DNA of 44,589 nucleotides from Alphaproteobacteria bacterium (GTDB lineage: Bacteria > Pseudomonadota > Alphaproteobacteria > JACAEB01). Within the stretch, counting starts at the first letter, position 1. Every line of letters begins with the position of its first letter. The notes beneath the pieces are model-generated. The model worked only from the letters and a program-made list of their open reading frames with translations. It was not told the DNA's origin and did no database searches. The position numbers and the translations under genes were made by a program. Shown here in pieces: positions 16,788 through 24,850 of this stretch. The stretch is from positions 1-44,589 of the forward strand of contig JACAEB010000116.1 in the NCBI GenBank assembly GCA_013389075.1. Reading direction: 5' to 3'.

Positions 16788-17834
16788 TCAGGCCGGGGCG
16801 TAGCCCTTGAGCCAGGTGCCGCGCGCCTGCCAGACCGCGCGCCAGTTCGCGAGCGCCTCCGCGCGGGCGGGGGAGGGGCGCAGGCGGGCGAGGACGCTGA
16901 GCGCGAGGACGCGGATCAGCGGCCAGGCCGCGAAGAGCCCGAGGGCGAGCCAGCGGGTGGCGGGCGGGAAGTGGCGGCGGATCAGCTCCACCTTCGCCGT
17001 GAAGAGGCGGATGACCTTCTGGGCACGGACCTTTTCCGAGGCTCCGCCATAATGGATGATCCGCGCCTGCGGCGTGACGCGCGGCCGCGCGCCCTGCGCC
17101 CGGGCGCGCAGGCAGAGGTCGGTCTCCTCGCCATACATGAAGAAGGCGGGCTCAAAACCCCCGAGCGCCTCCCAGAAGGACCGCTCGATGAGGAGGAAGC
17201 AGCCGGTGATGACATCGACCGCGCGTTCGGTGTCGCGCTTCCAGCCGCCATAGAGCTCCGAGTTGAGGACGGGGCTCGCCGGGAAGAGGGCGCTCAGCCC
17301 CGTCGAGCGGCAGAAGAGGTTCCAGAGGCTCAGCCGGCGATAGCAGTTGGTGGGGTTGAGCGTGCGGTCGCCGTAGAGCGTCTGCCCGCCCCAGATGCGC
17401 GCCTCGGGCCGGGCCTGCGCGAAGGCGAGGAGACGGTCGATCGCGCCCTCGAGCACCACCGTGTCCGGGTTGAGGAGAAGGAGATAGCGCCCGCGCGCCT
17501 GCCGGGCGCCGAGATTGTTCGCCCGCCCGAAGCCGATGTTCTCCGCAAGGCGGATGAGCCGGGCCTGCGGGATCTCGCGCGCGATGGCGTCGGCCGAGCC
17601 GTCGGCCGAGGCATTGTCGACGACGATCAGCTCCATGGGCGCCGACGTCTCGGCGAGCGCCGAGCGCAGGGCGGCGAGGGTGATCTCGCGGGTGTTGTAG
17701 CTGACGACGAGGACGGTGACGGCGGGCTCGGCGCCGTCGGGCAGGCCGCGGGGCGGACCGTCCGGCGCGGTCCGCAGGGCGGCCTCCTCGCTCATGGACA
17801 TGTCTGCATCGGACGTCATGCGCCGCTTACGCAC
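16788..17834 (-). CDS. Family-2 glycosyltransferase
   Basis: The N-terminal GT-A fold reads VTVLVVSYNTREITLAALRSAL...ELIVVDNASADGS, followed by LLLNPDTVV (DxD-like) and FFMYGEETDLCLRA. This matches rhamnosyl/galactosyl-type GT2 enzymes. Start is GTG 17834 or ATG 17819. Confidence 0.85.
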   Translation of the reverse strand: MRKRRMTSDADMSMSEEAALRTAPDGPPRGLPDGAEPAVTVLVVSYNTREITLAALRSALAETSAPMELIVVDNASADGSADAIAREIPQARLIRLAENIGFGRANNLGARQARGRYLLLLNPDTVVLEGAIDRLLAFAQARPEARIWGGQTLYGDRTLNPTNCYRRLSLWNLFCRSTGLSALFPASPVLNSELYGGWKRDTERAVDVITGCFLLIERSFWEALGGFEPAFFMYGEETDLCLRARAQGARPRVTPQARIIHYGGASEKVRAQKVIRLFTAKVELIRRHFPPATRWLALGLFAAWPLIRVLALSVLARLRPSPARAEALANWRAVWQARGTWLKGYAPA

Positions 17835-18022
17835 CTTTCTCGGGGGGAGGCCCTTCTCACAACAGAAGCCCTCGGGTCGCGTTCGCTCTTTTACGCTAAA
17901 AAGGGTTCGGATTTGATGACTCGCGCCGCCGGCGCCGCGCGCGTCGGGGGGCGAATCGGTACGGTCCGTGCAGGCGCCACCCCTCGCTTCCCGCCCCGGC
18001 CGCCTTCGGAGCCCTGCCGTTC

Positions 18023-18904
18023 ATGTCCTCGTCCTCCCCCTCGCGCGCGCCTTTCGACCCGGTCATCATGATCGGCATGCACCGCTCGGGCACCTCCGCC
18101 CTGACGCGGGCGCTCGAACGTCTCGGCCTCTTCGTCGGCGCGGCCAAGGACGTCAATGACGAAGCGCTGTTCTTCCAGCGGATCAATGTCTACTTCATGG
18201 GCCATGCCGGCGCGGGCTGGACCACGCCCGAGCCCTTCGAGGCCCTGCTCGCCAATGCCGAGCTCAGGGCGCTGCTCGCCGATTATGCGCGCCAGCGCGT
18301 CTCGGGGCCGGGCACGATCGGGTTTCTGGGCTGGCAGCGCGCGCTCGGGGGCACCGATCTGCGCAGGCGCACCCGGCCCTGGGGCTGGAAGGATCCGCGC
18401 AACACCTACACCCTGCCGCTCTGGCTCGATGTCTTCCCCCGCGCGCGCGTCGTGCACATCCGCCGCAACGGGGTCGACGTCGCGCTCAGCCTGAAGAAGC
18501 GGGAGAGCGAGATTCTCCGTGCACGGGCGGCCCGCTACGAGCGGCGCAAGGCCCTCTACCGCCTGATCGACAAGAGCGGCAACTTCGCCCTCTCGGCCGG
18601 CTTTCCCGATCTCGAGACCGGGTTTCGCCTGTGGGACCGGTATCTCAGCCGCGCCGATGCCCATTGCGCGGAGCTGGGCGAGCGGGCGCTGACGCTCAAT
18701 TACGAGGACTTCGTCGCCGACCCGCTGCCCGGTCTGAGGACGCTGGTGCGGTTCATCGGTCTTGATGCGGATGCTGATTCGATCGCGGCGGAGGCGGAGC
18801 GTCTCGATTCGGGACGGGCCAATTCCTATCGCAGCTCCGAGGCGTGCGTGCGCTTCGCCGAGGCGCATGCCGACATTCTCGCCCGGCACGGCTACACACC
18901 CTGA
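18023..18904 (+). CDS. Sulfotransferase-family protein (PAPS-dependent type)
   Basis: It has the 5'-PSB-like loop VIMIGMHRSGTSALTRAL and the 3'-PB-like VVHIRRNGVDVALS. It is 293 aa and diverges from the GT2 gene at 17834. Confidence 0.75.
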   Translation: MSSSSPSRAPFDPVIMIGMHRSGTSALTRALERLGLFVGAAKDVNDEALFFQRINVYFMGHAGAGWTTPEPFEALLANAELRALLADYARQRVSGPGTIGFLGWQRALGGTDLRRRTRPWGWKDPRNTYTLPLWLDVFPRARVVHIRRNGVDVALSLKKRESEILRARAARYERRKALYRLIDKSGNFALSAGFPDLETGFRLWDRYLSRADAHCAELGERALTLNYEDFVADPLPGLRTLVRFIGLDADADSIAAEAERLDSGRANSYRSSEACVRFAEAHADILARHGYTP

Positions 18905-19113
18905 AAAAACAACGGCTTGAGCGCCCATTCCGTCCACGGACGGAGACTTGCCGGAAGCTGACGGACAGATGAACTCTCTGTAAAGAAACCTATTTCGACT
19001 TCAGGCATTGTTCATGCTACGACCACCTGAACGAGAGGCCGGTCAGGCTGGCTGTCCGCAACGGGCAGGTGGGGTGCACTTCCCTGAAATCGTTCCAGAC
19101 GGGGGCTTTCTCC

Positions 19114-19857
19114 ATGAACTGCAGAAACGGCAAGCGGGCGCTCGCCTTCGGCGCGGCCTTCACCTTCATCGCCGCCATGGCGGGGGCGGACCCCGCCGAG
19201 GCCGCGACCCAGCGCTACTTCGTGGTGGACGGGACCGGCAGCACCCAGATCCAGCCGCTCACGGGCGTCGAAACGCTGGTGCAGCTCTATGGATACAACA
19301 CCGGTGTCCAGGCTTCGGCGAACACGCCCTACGACATCGAAGAGACGAACCAGAACACCCAGACCTTCTTCCTCTTCCGCTCGACGACCACCGGGGATCT
19401 CGGCCTCTTCTCGCTGGCCGGGGCGACGGTGAATGGCGGCTATGCCCAGAGCTCGGGCTCGCTCACGGGTCTGCCTCTGTCGACGACGCTCGCCGTGAAG
19501 GACGATCCGGGCGGAACGCTCGACAGCTATGTCCTGTCGGGCAGCACCTTCACCTATTCGAACCGCTCGGCGCCCAACAAGACCGACGGCTTCGCGCTGG
19601 GCGGGCTCGCGGGCCAGCTCTTCTCGATCACCTCCTCGATCGGGCCGGGCCTCAACATCGACAGCATCCGCATCGCCACCCGCCAGGGCGGCGGGGTGGG
19701 CTATTTCACGCTCTCGAACGTGCTGCCGGGCGGCAGCTTCGAGATCGTGGCCTCGCTCGTTCCCGAACCGGCGACCTGGGGCCTGATGATCGCCTCCTTC
19801 GCCCTGATCGGGGGCACGGTGAAGCGGCGCGCGCGCGCCGTGTCCGGGGCGGCCTGA
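19114..19857 (+). CDS. PEP-CTERM-type sorting-domain protein (exosortase cargo)
   Basis: Signal peptide MNCRNGKRALAFGAAFTFIAAMAGADPAEA, then a Ser/Thr/Gly-rich, Cys-free mature region. The C-terminus VPEPATWGLMIASFALIGGTVKRRARA (nt 19759-19854) has the tripartite PEP motif + TM helix + basic cluster. ATG 19114 is preferred over the upstream alternative start at 19069. Confidence 0.85.
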   Translation: MNCRNGKRALAFGAAFTFIAAMAGADPAEAATQRYFVVDGTGSTQIQPLTGVETLVQLYGYNTGVQASANTPYDIEETNQNTQTFFLFRSTTTGDLGLFSLAGATVNGGYAQSSGSLTGLPLSTTLAVKDDPGGTLDSYVLSGSTFTYSNRSAPNKTDGFALGGLAGQLFSITSSIGPGLNIDSIRIATRQGGGVGYFTLSNVLPGGSFEIVASLVPEPATWGLMIASFALIGGTVKRRARAVSGAA

Positions 19858-19884
19858 CCGCCGCCAGCCCGGCCGATGATCCGA

Positions 19885-19915
19885 GCGCCGCAGCCTTGCC
19901 GCTGCGGCGCTTTTT
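19885..19915 (+). terminator. Rho-independent terminator
   Basis: GCGCCGCAGC-cttgcc-GCTGCGGCGC forms a perfect 10-bp GC-rich stem and is followed directly by TTTTT. It lies 28 nt after the cargo-gene stop. Confidence 0.85.
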
Positions 19916-20019
19916 CGTGCGTTTCGCGCGCCGGGGCCGGCGACCGCCGGCTTAACGGCGCCTTGAAACTCACCGGCTAGGGTCGAGGGACGCGGCGCGA
20001 GGAGACGGGCAGGGAGGCC

Positions 20020-20262
20020 ATGGAGACCTATTTCGACTGGATCACGGTCCTTGCCTTCATGATCATCGCGGGCACCTTCTTCTATCGTGTCCGGGCGGAG
20101 GATCCTCCGCTCGTTCTCTATGTCGGGCTCAGCATCGGCTGCGCCATCGCCAACTGGCTCGGCAATGAGGGACATGTCATTCCGGCCTTCGTCGCCATCG
20201 GCGCGGTGGTGGGGGGCTATCTCCATGTCGGCTGGTCCGAGCGCCGGCCCGGCCGCGGCTGA
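20020..20262 (+). CDS. Small integral membrane protein (about 3 TM helices), unknown function
   Basis: 80 aa with AGGGAGG just upstream of the ATG. Three hydrophobic segments are present: WITVLAFMIIAGTFFY, LVLYVGLSIGCAIANWLG and VIPAFVAIGAVVGGYLHV. Third-codon-position GC is high, as in neighbouring genes. Confidence 0.6.
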   Translation: METYFDWITVLAFMIIAGTFFYRVRAEDPPLVLYVGLSIGCAIANWLGNEGHVIPAFVAIGAVVGGYLHVGWSERRPGRG

Positions 20263-20298
20263 CGCGCGGCCGAGGGGGACGAGGTGGGGGAAGCGGCG

Positions 20299-21207
20299 AT
20301 GGACGAGGCCGGCGAAGACGGGAGGACGGCGGCCGGGGGAGAGGCCCCGGAGATCAGCGTCATCGTTCCCCATTACAACGACACGGCCCGGCTCGGGCTC
20401 TGCCTCGAGCGTCTGATCGCCCAGAGCGTGCCCGCTCCGGACTACGAGATCATCGTCGTCGACAATGGCACGCCCGGCGGGCTCGGGCCGCTCGTGGCGC
20501 GTTTCCCGCAGGTGCGCTTCCTCGTCGAACCGCAGAAAGGCGCGGCCCATGCCCGCAACGCCGGGGTCGCCGCCGCGCGGGCGCCAAGGCTCGCCTTCAT
20601 CGATTGCGACTGCATCCCCGAGCCCGACTGGCTCGCGGCCGGCCTTGCGGGCCTTGCGCAGGCCGATCTCGTGGGCGGCTCCGTCACCGTGACCTGCTCC
20701 GATCCGGTCCGGCCGAGCCCCGTCGAGCGGTTCGAGCGCATCTTCGCCTTCGATCAGGCGCGATACGTGCAGGAAAAGCACTTCTCGGTGACCGCGAATC
20801 TACTAACACATCGGGTGGTGTTCGATGCCGTCGGACCCTTCCGCGACGGCTATCCCGAGGATGTCGACTGGTGCCACCGGGCAAGGGCCAAGGGCTATCG
20901 GCTCGCTTACGTGGAGGCGGCGCGCGTCTCCCATCCGGCGCGCCGGAGCTGGGCGGAGCTCGAGAGCAAATGGCGCCGGACGAGCCGCGAGGCCTTCCGC
21001 GCGGCCCGCGACCAGCCCGGCTGGCGCTGGCGCTGGCCGGCGCGGGCGCTCCTGGTTCTCGTCTCGCCCTTCGCGCATGCCGGCCGCGTTCTGGGCTCGT
21101 CCGAGGCCGGCGGACCGCTGGCACGGATCGCAACGCTCCTGGTGCTGTTTCGCCTGAGGCTGTTTCGAGTCCGCTTCATGCTCGCCCTTATGGGAAAGCG
21201 GCCTTGA
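20299..21207 (+). CDS. Family-2 glycosyltransferase
   Basis: Motifs: ISVIVPHYNDTARLGLCLERL...YEIIVVDNGT, then AFIDCDC (DxD-like) and EDVDWCHRA. Start is ATG 20299 or GTG 20284. Confidence 0.85.
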   Translation: MDEAGEDGRTAAGGEAPEISVIVPHYNDTARLGLCLERLIAQSVPAPDYEIIVVDNGTPGGLGPLVARFPQVRFLVEPQKGAAHARNAGVAAARAPRLAFIDCDCIPEPDWLAAGLAGLAQADLVGGSVTVTCSDPVRPSPVERFERIFAFDQARYVQEKHFSVTANLLTHRVVFDAVGPFRDGYPEDVDWCHRARAKGYRLAYVEAARVSHPARRSWAELESKWRRTSREAFRAARDQPGWRWRWPARALLVLVSPFAHAGRVLGSSEAGGPLARIATLLVLFRLRLFRVRFMLALMGKRP

Positions 21208-21516
21208 TGCGGTAAGATGGCCGGAGTAACAGGCGTGCCAACAGGCGGGCGGGCTTCGTTCACGGCCCGGCTCGGTTTATGCACAGGCTGTCCCGTGCCT
21301 TTTCCCCAAAGGGGGGGATCGTCGGGGGGCGGGGCCGGACGGCGAGGCAAGGGATTGTGACAGGGGTACGGGCGTCCGGAGGGGACTGCCGGTACAGATG
21401 CGGGGTCAGGCCCGCGACGCGCCGCCCGCGAGGCGGCGATGGCCTGCCGGGCGGTCCTCACCACCGGGAGGCGAAGCGTCCTGCAGGCAGGGCGCTGCGA
21501 AAGAGGGCTGAGTGTG

Positions 21517-22791
21517 ATGCGTAGTCGTGAGGACGGGAACCGCCGGACGGTCCGGGAGCTTCGCCCGAGCGGGGCGGGGAGCGTGAGCCGCATTGCCCTG
21601 TGCGTCGCGCTGGGCGCGGGACTGCTGATGCCGCAGGCAGCGGCGGGGGCGCAGCTGCGCGGCTCGATCTCCGCGAGCACGCAATATGACAGCAACCTCA
21701 CCAAGGCCGCGGACGAGGACGAGCTCGCCGCCATCTACGGCACCGACCGCCAGCTCTACGACCTCATCAGCACCATCGGCGCGGGGGCGAGCTACAGCCT
21801 TCAGTCGAGCCGCTCCGCCGTCTCGGCCAACGCCTCGATCAACTACACGAAATATCTCGAATATGACGAGTTCGACGCCGGCGGCGGCCAGGCGGGGCTG
21901 AACTGGACGCTCGACGTCACCCCGAACTGCAACACCGGCCTCAACGGCACCTATTCCCTGCGGCAGAGCAGTTTCGACGAGAACCAGGTCCGCAAGCGGA
22001 ACCTGCAGAGCCGGTACGCCGTGCGGGTGCAGGGCCGCTGCCTCATTCTCGGCCGCTTCGACACCGTCGCCTTCGCGGGCTACGACCAGGCGACCAACGA
22101 GGCGGAGATCCGGCAGAGCCAGGACCGCGAGCAGTATGTCTATGGCGGCTCGTTCGCCTATCGCACCGGGCGGGGCAATCTGTTCGGCGTGCGCGGCCAG
22201 TACCGGGAGAGCAAGTTCCTCAACCCCGACCCGCTGGCCACCCAGAGCCTGGACTTCACCGTCTCCCAGCTCACCGCCTTCACCCAGCTCGCGCTCGGCT
22301 CGACGCTGTCGCTGTCCTTCGATGCCGGCCATTCGCGCAGCGAGCGCGAGGGGGCGAGCTCGGCGAGCTCGCGGCCGTCCTATGCCGCCTCGCTCTCCTG
22401 GTCGCCGACGGCGCGGACCTCGCTCAGCTTCAGCGCCAAGCAGACCATCAGCGAGATCGAGGACCGCCTGAGCGCCGCCCGCGAGCGGCTCGATTTCGCT
22501 CTCGGCGTCAGTCATCAGCTCACGGGCCGCATGTCGGCGCGCCTGAGCGGCAACTACACGCAGGACAAGGTCCTCAACGACATTGGCGAGGTCGACCTTC
22601 TGCCCACCAATCTCACCACCGACGACGAGGAAGAATCCGTCCGCGCGTCGCTCGGCCTGTCCTATTCGCTGACGAGCCGCGTCGGCCTCACGGGCGCCCT
22701 GACCTATGCCCAGCGCATGTCCGACGTGGCGCTGCGGGAATATGAGAGCTACGGGGCCAGCCTGTCGCTCACCATCGCCCTCGGAAACTGA
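21517..22791 (+). CDS. Outer-membrane beta-barrel protein associated with PEP-CTERM/EPS loci
   Basis: Signal peptide ...RIALCVALGAGLLMPQAAAGA, then about 400 aa of alternating-polarity beta-strand sequence rich in Y/S/T/G/N/Q (ASYSLQ, GTYSLRQ, GGSFAYR, SLGLSYSLT, GASLSLTIALGN). It is the first gene of the export operon. ATG 21517 is preceded by AAGAGGG. Confidence 0.7.
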   Translation: MRSREDGNRRTVRELRPSGAGSVSRIALCVALGAGLLMPQAAAGAQLRGSISASTQYDSNLTKAADEDELAAIYGTDRQLYDLISTIGAGASYSLQSSRSAVSANASINYTKYLEYDEFDAGGGQAGLNWTLDVTPNCNTGLNGTYSLRQSSFDENQVRKRNLQSRYAVRVQGRCLILGRFDTVAFAGYDQATNEAEIRQSQDREQYVYGGSFAYRTGRGNLFGVRGQYRESKFLNPDPLATQSLDFTVSQLTAFTQLALGSTLSLSFDAGHSRSEREGASSASSRPSYAASLSWSPTARTSLSFSAKQTISEIEDRLSAARERLDFALGVSHQLTGRMSARLSGNYTQDKVLNDIGEVDLLPTNLTTDDEEESVRASLGLSYSLTSRVGLTGALTYAQRMSDVALREYESYGASLSLTIALGN

Positions 22792-22802
22792 GCGGAGCCG
22801 AT

Positions 22803-23882
22803 TTGACGCAGCACAGCCCCAGACCTGCCGACGCCGCCCCGCCCGTCCGCCCGGGGCGTGCGCGCCTTGCGCACATGCTCGCCCTTGCGCTGGCGCTCGG
22901 TCTGGGCGCCTGTCTTCCGGATACGGACAAGTCCGCCGAGGGCGAGGCTCGCAAGGACGAGGACGGTCAGGTCGTGGCGCGGGTCGATGGCGAGGAGATC
23001 ACCATCCACCAGGTGAATTCCGAGCTGCAGCGCAGCGGCCTTCTCGGCTCCGCCGACGAGGCCGCCCGTGACGCGGCGCTTCAGGCGATCGTCCGGCGCA
23101 AGCTGCTCGCGAACGCGGCGATGGCCGAGCGCCTCGACCGCAATCCGCTCGTCGTCCACAATCTCGAGGCGGCGCGCGACGCGGTGATGGGCGAGGCCTA
23201 CATGATGCAGGAGCTCGCGGTCGTGACCGAGCCCTCGCTCACCGAGATCGACGACTTCATCGCCCGCAATCCGCTTCTGTTCACCGACCGGCGCAGCTAT
23301 GTCGTCCGGGTGATCGAGATGCCGTCGGAGGCGTATACGGACGAGTTCGTTCCGCTCTTCGACGAGACGCCCGATTTCACCGCCTTCAAGCGCGAGCTTC
23401 TGGGCGCGGGGGTCGCCTTCGACGAGGCGCGGTCGATCCGTCTGTCCTCGGATTTTCCGGAGGCTGTGCGCGAGCGTCTGGCCCAGCTCGGTGTCAACGA
23501 CAATCTCGTGCTGCGCACGCGGAGCGCGACGCAGATCCTCAAGGTCGAGGCGATCACGCCCATGCCGCTCAGCACCGAACAGGCGCGCGTGGCGGCGCGG
23601 TCGATCCTGCTCCAGGACCGTCTGCGGCGGACGGCGGGAACGCTCGACCAGGCGCTCGCCGCGAAGGCGGAGATCGCCTATTACGGCGCCTTCGACCACC
23701 TGAACCCGCAGGCGGACGAGCCGGCGCTCGAACGCATCGGCCCGCTCGATCCCGATGGGGCGGCGGCCGGCGAGCCGGGCGCCGAAGCCGGAGCCGAGGC
23801 GGAGGCGGGACCGGAGGCCGAGGCGGAGGACGCGAGTGCCGTGCCCGCCATCCGCGGCGCCGCGGCCGCCGACACCATGTGA
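22803..23882 (+). CDS. EpsD-like lipoprotein (SurA/parvulin-related, degenerate PPIase) with an acidic Glu/Ala-rich tail
   Basis: TTG 22803 has GGAG 5 nt upstream; ATG 22875 is the alternative. It has the lipobox LALGLGAC and the SurA-N/EpsD-like opening VARVDGEEITIHQVNSELQ. The C-terminus is low complexity: GAAAGEPGAEAGAEAEAGPEAEAEDA. Confidence 0.65.
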   Translation: MTQHSPRPADAAPPVRPGRARLAHMLALALALGLGACLPDTDKSAEGEARKDEDGQVVARVDGEEITIHQVNSELQRSGLLGSADEAARDAALQAIVRRKLLANAAMAERLDRNPLVVHNLEAARDAVMGEAYMMQELAVVTEPSLTEIDDFIARNPLLFTDRRSYVVRVIEMPSEAYTDEFVPLFDETPDFTAFKRELLGAGVAFDEARSIRLSSDFPEAVRERLAQLGVNDNLVLRTRSATQILKVEAITPMPLSTEQARVAARSILLQDRLRRTAGTLDQALAAKAEIAYYGAFDHLNPQADEPALERIGPLDPDGAAAGEPGAEAGAEAEAGPEAEAEDASAVPAIRGAAAADTM

Positions 23883-23961
23883 TTGGCCGGCGCGTGGCCC
23901 TTGGGGCCTGCCGGCGTGGAACGGAAGAACGCCATCCGGTGTTCGCAACTGGAGACCAGCG

Positions 23962-24819
23962 ATGACCCCGACCCGACAAAGCGACATCATGGACAAGACG
24001 CAGCGCGGCGGCCTCGGCCTGATGGCCCTGGCTCTCCTTGCCTGTCTCCTCGGCGGCCTTCCCGGCAGCGGCCGCGCCCACGCGGCGGAGGGCCCGGCCT
24101 ACCGGCTGGGCGAGGGCGATGTCGTGTCCATCAACGTGTTCCAGCGGCCCGATCTCGCCGCCAGCGCCCGCATCGGGGCGAGCGGGGAGGTGTTCGTGCC
24201 CATGGGCGGGCATGTCCGTCTCACCGGCCTCACCCTCAAGGAAGCCGAGAACCTCGTCGCCGACGCCCTCCGCAAGACCGGCGCCATGCCCCGGCCCGAG
24301 GTCGATCTCCAGGTCTCGACCTTCAACTCGCAGCTCGTGTCGGTCTTCGGCGCCGTGAACAAGCCCGGCCGCTATGTCCTCGACCGCGCGACGAGCATTT
24401 CCGAGATCCTCGCCATGGCCGGCGGGCCGGCCGGCCAGCAGGCAGGGCCCATGGCCTTCATCACCCGCATCGAGGGGGGTGAGACCAAAAGGATCGAGGT
24501 CGATCTCGACTCGATCATTGAAAGAGGCAAGCGCTCGGACGATGTCCTTGTGCAGGGCGGCGACATCGTAACGGTTTCGGAAGCACCGATCGTGTACCTC
24601 TATGGCGCGGTCAATTCGCCCGGGGCCTATACGATCGAGCCCGGAATGAGCGTGATCCAGGTGCTTTCCCTCGCGGGAGGCGTGGCGCAGGACGGGTCGG
24701 ATTCGCGACTCGACGTGCGCCGGCGCGATGGCGATGGAAAACTCGTGGAGATCAATGTAGATCTGTTTGACGCGTTGCAGGACGAGGACATCCTGATCGT
24801 TCGGAAGAGCATATTCTGA
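23962..24819 (+). CDS. Outer-membrane polysaccharide export (OPX, Wza/EpsE-like) lipoprotein, short form
   Basis: GGAG lies 7 nt upstream of ATG 23962. It has the lipobox ALLAC, the Poly_export/PES motif YRLGEGDVVSINVFQRPDL and SLBB-like repeats (GAVNKPGRY, GAVNSPGAY). At 285 aa it ends right after the second SLBB-like repeat (…VRKSIF), with no long C-terminal helix. Confidence 0.85.
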   Translation: MTPTRQSDIMDKTQRGGLGLMALALLACLLGGLPGSGRAHAAEGPAYRLGEGDVVSINVFQRPDLAASARIGASGEVFVPMGGHVRLTGLTLKEAENLVADALRKTGAMPRPEVDLQVSTFNSQLVSVFGAVNKPGRYVLDRATSISEILAMAGGPAGQQAGPMAFITRIEGGETKRIEVDLDSIIERGKRSDDVLVQGGDIVTVSEAPIVYLYGAVNSPGAYTIEPGMSVIQVLSLAGGVAQDGSDSRLDVRRRDGDGKLVEINVDLFDALQDEDILIVRKSIF

Positions 24820-24850
24820 ACGGAGTATCGCGGCTGAGGTGGGAGCCGGA

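Noticed and set aside
18931-18944. Hairpin CCGTC-CACG-GACGG after the first sulfotransferase, as a terminator
   Set aside because: The stem is only 5 bp with no following T-run. It also overlaps the weak sigma-54-like element, so neither interpretation is secure.
23764-23838. GAGGC/GAAGC-rich near-repeats as a non-coding tandem repeat or VNTR
   Set aside because: They are in frame within the EpsD-like gene and encode a Glu/Ala/Gly low-complexity tail. The units are imperfect and short.
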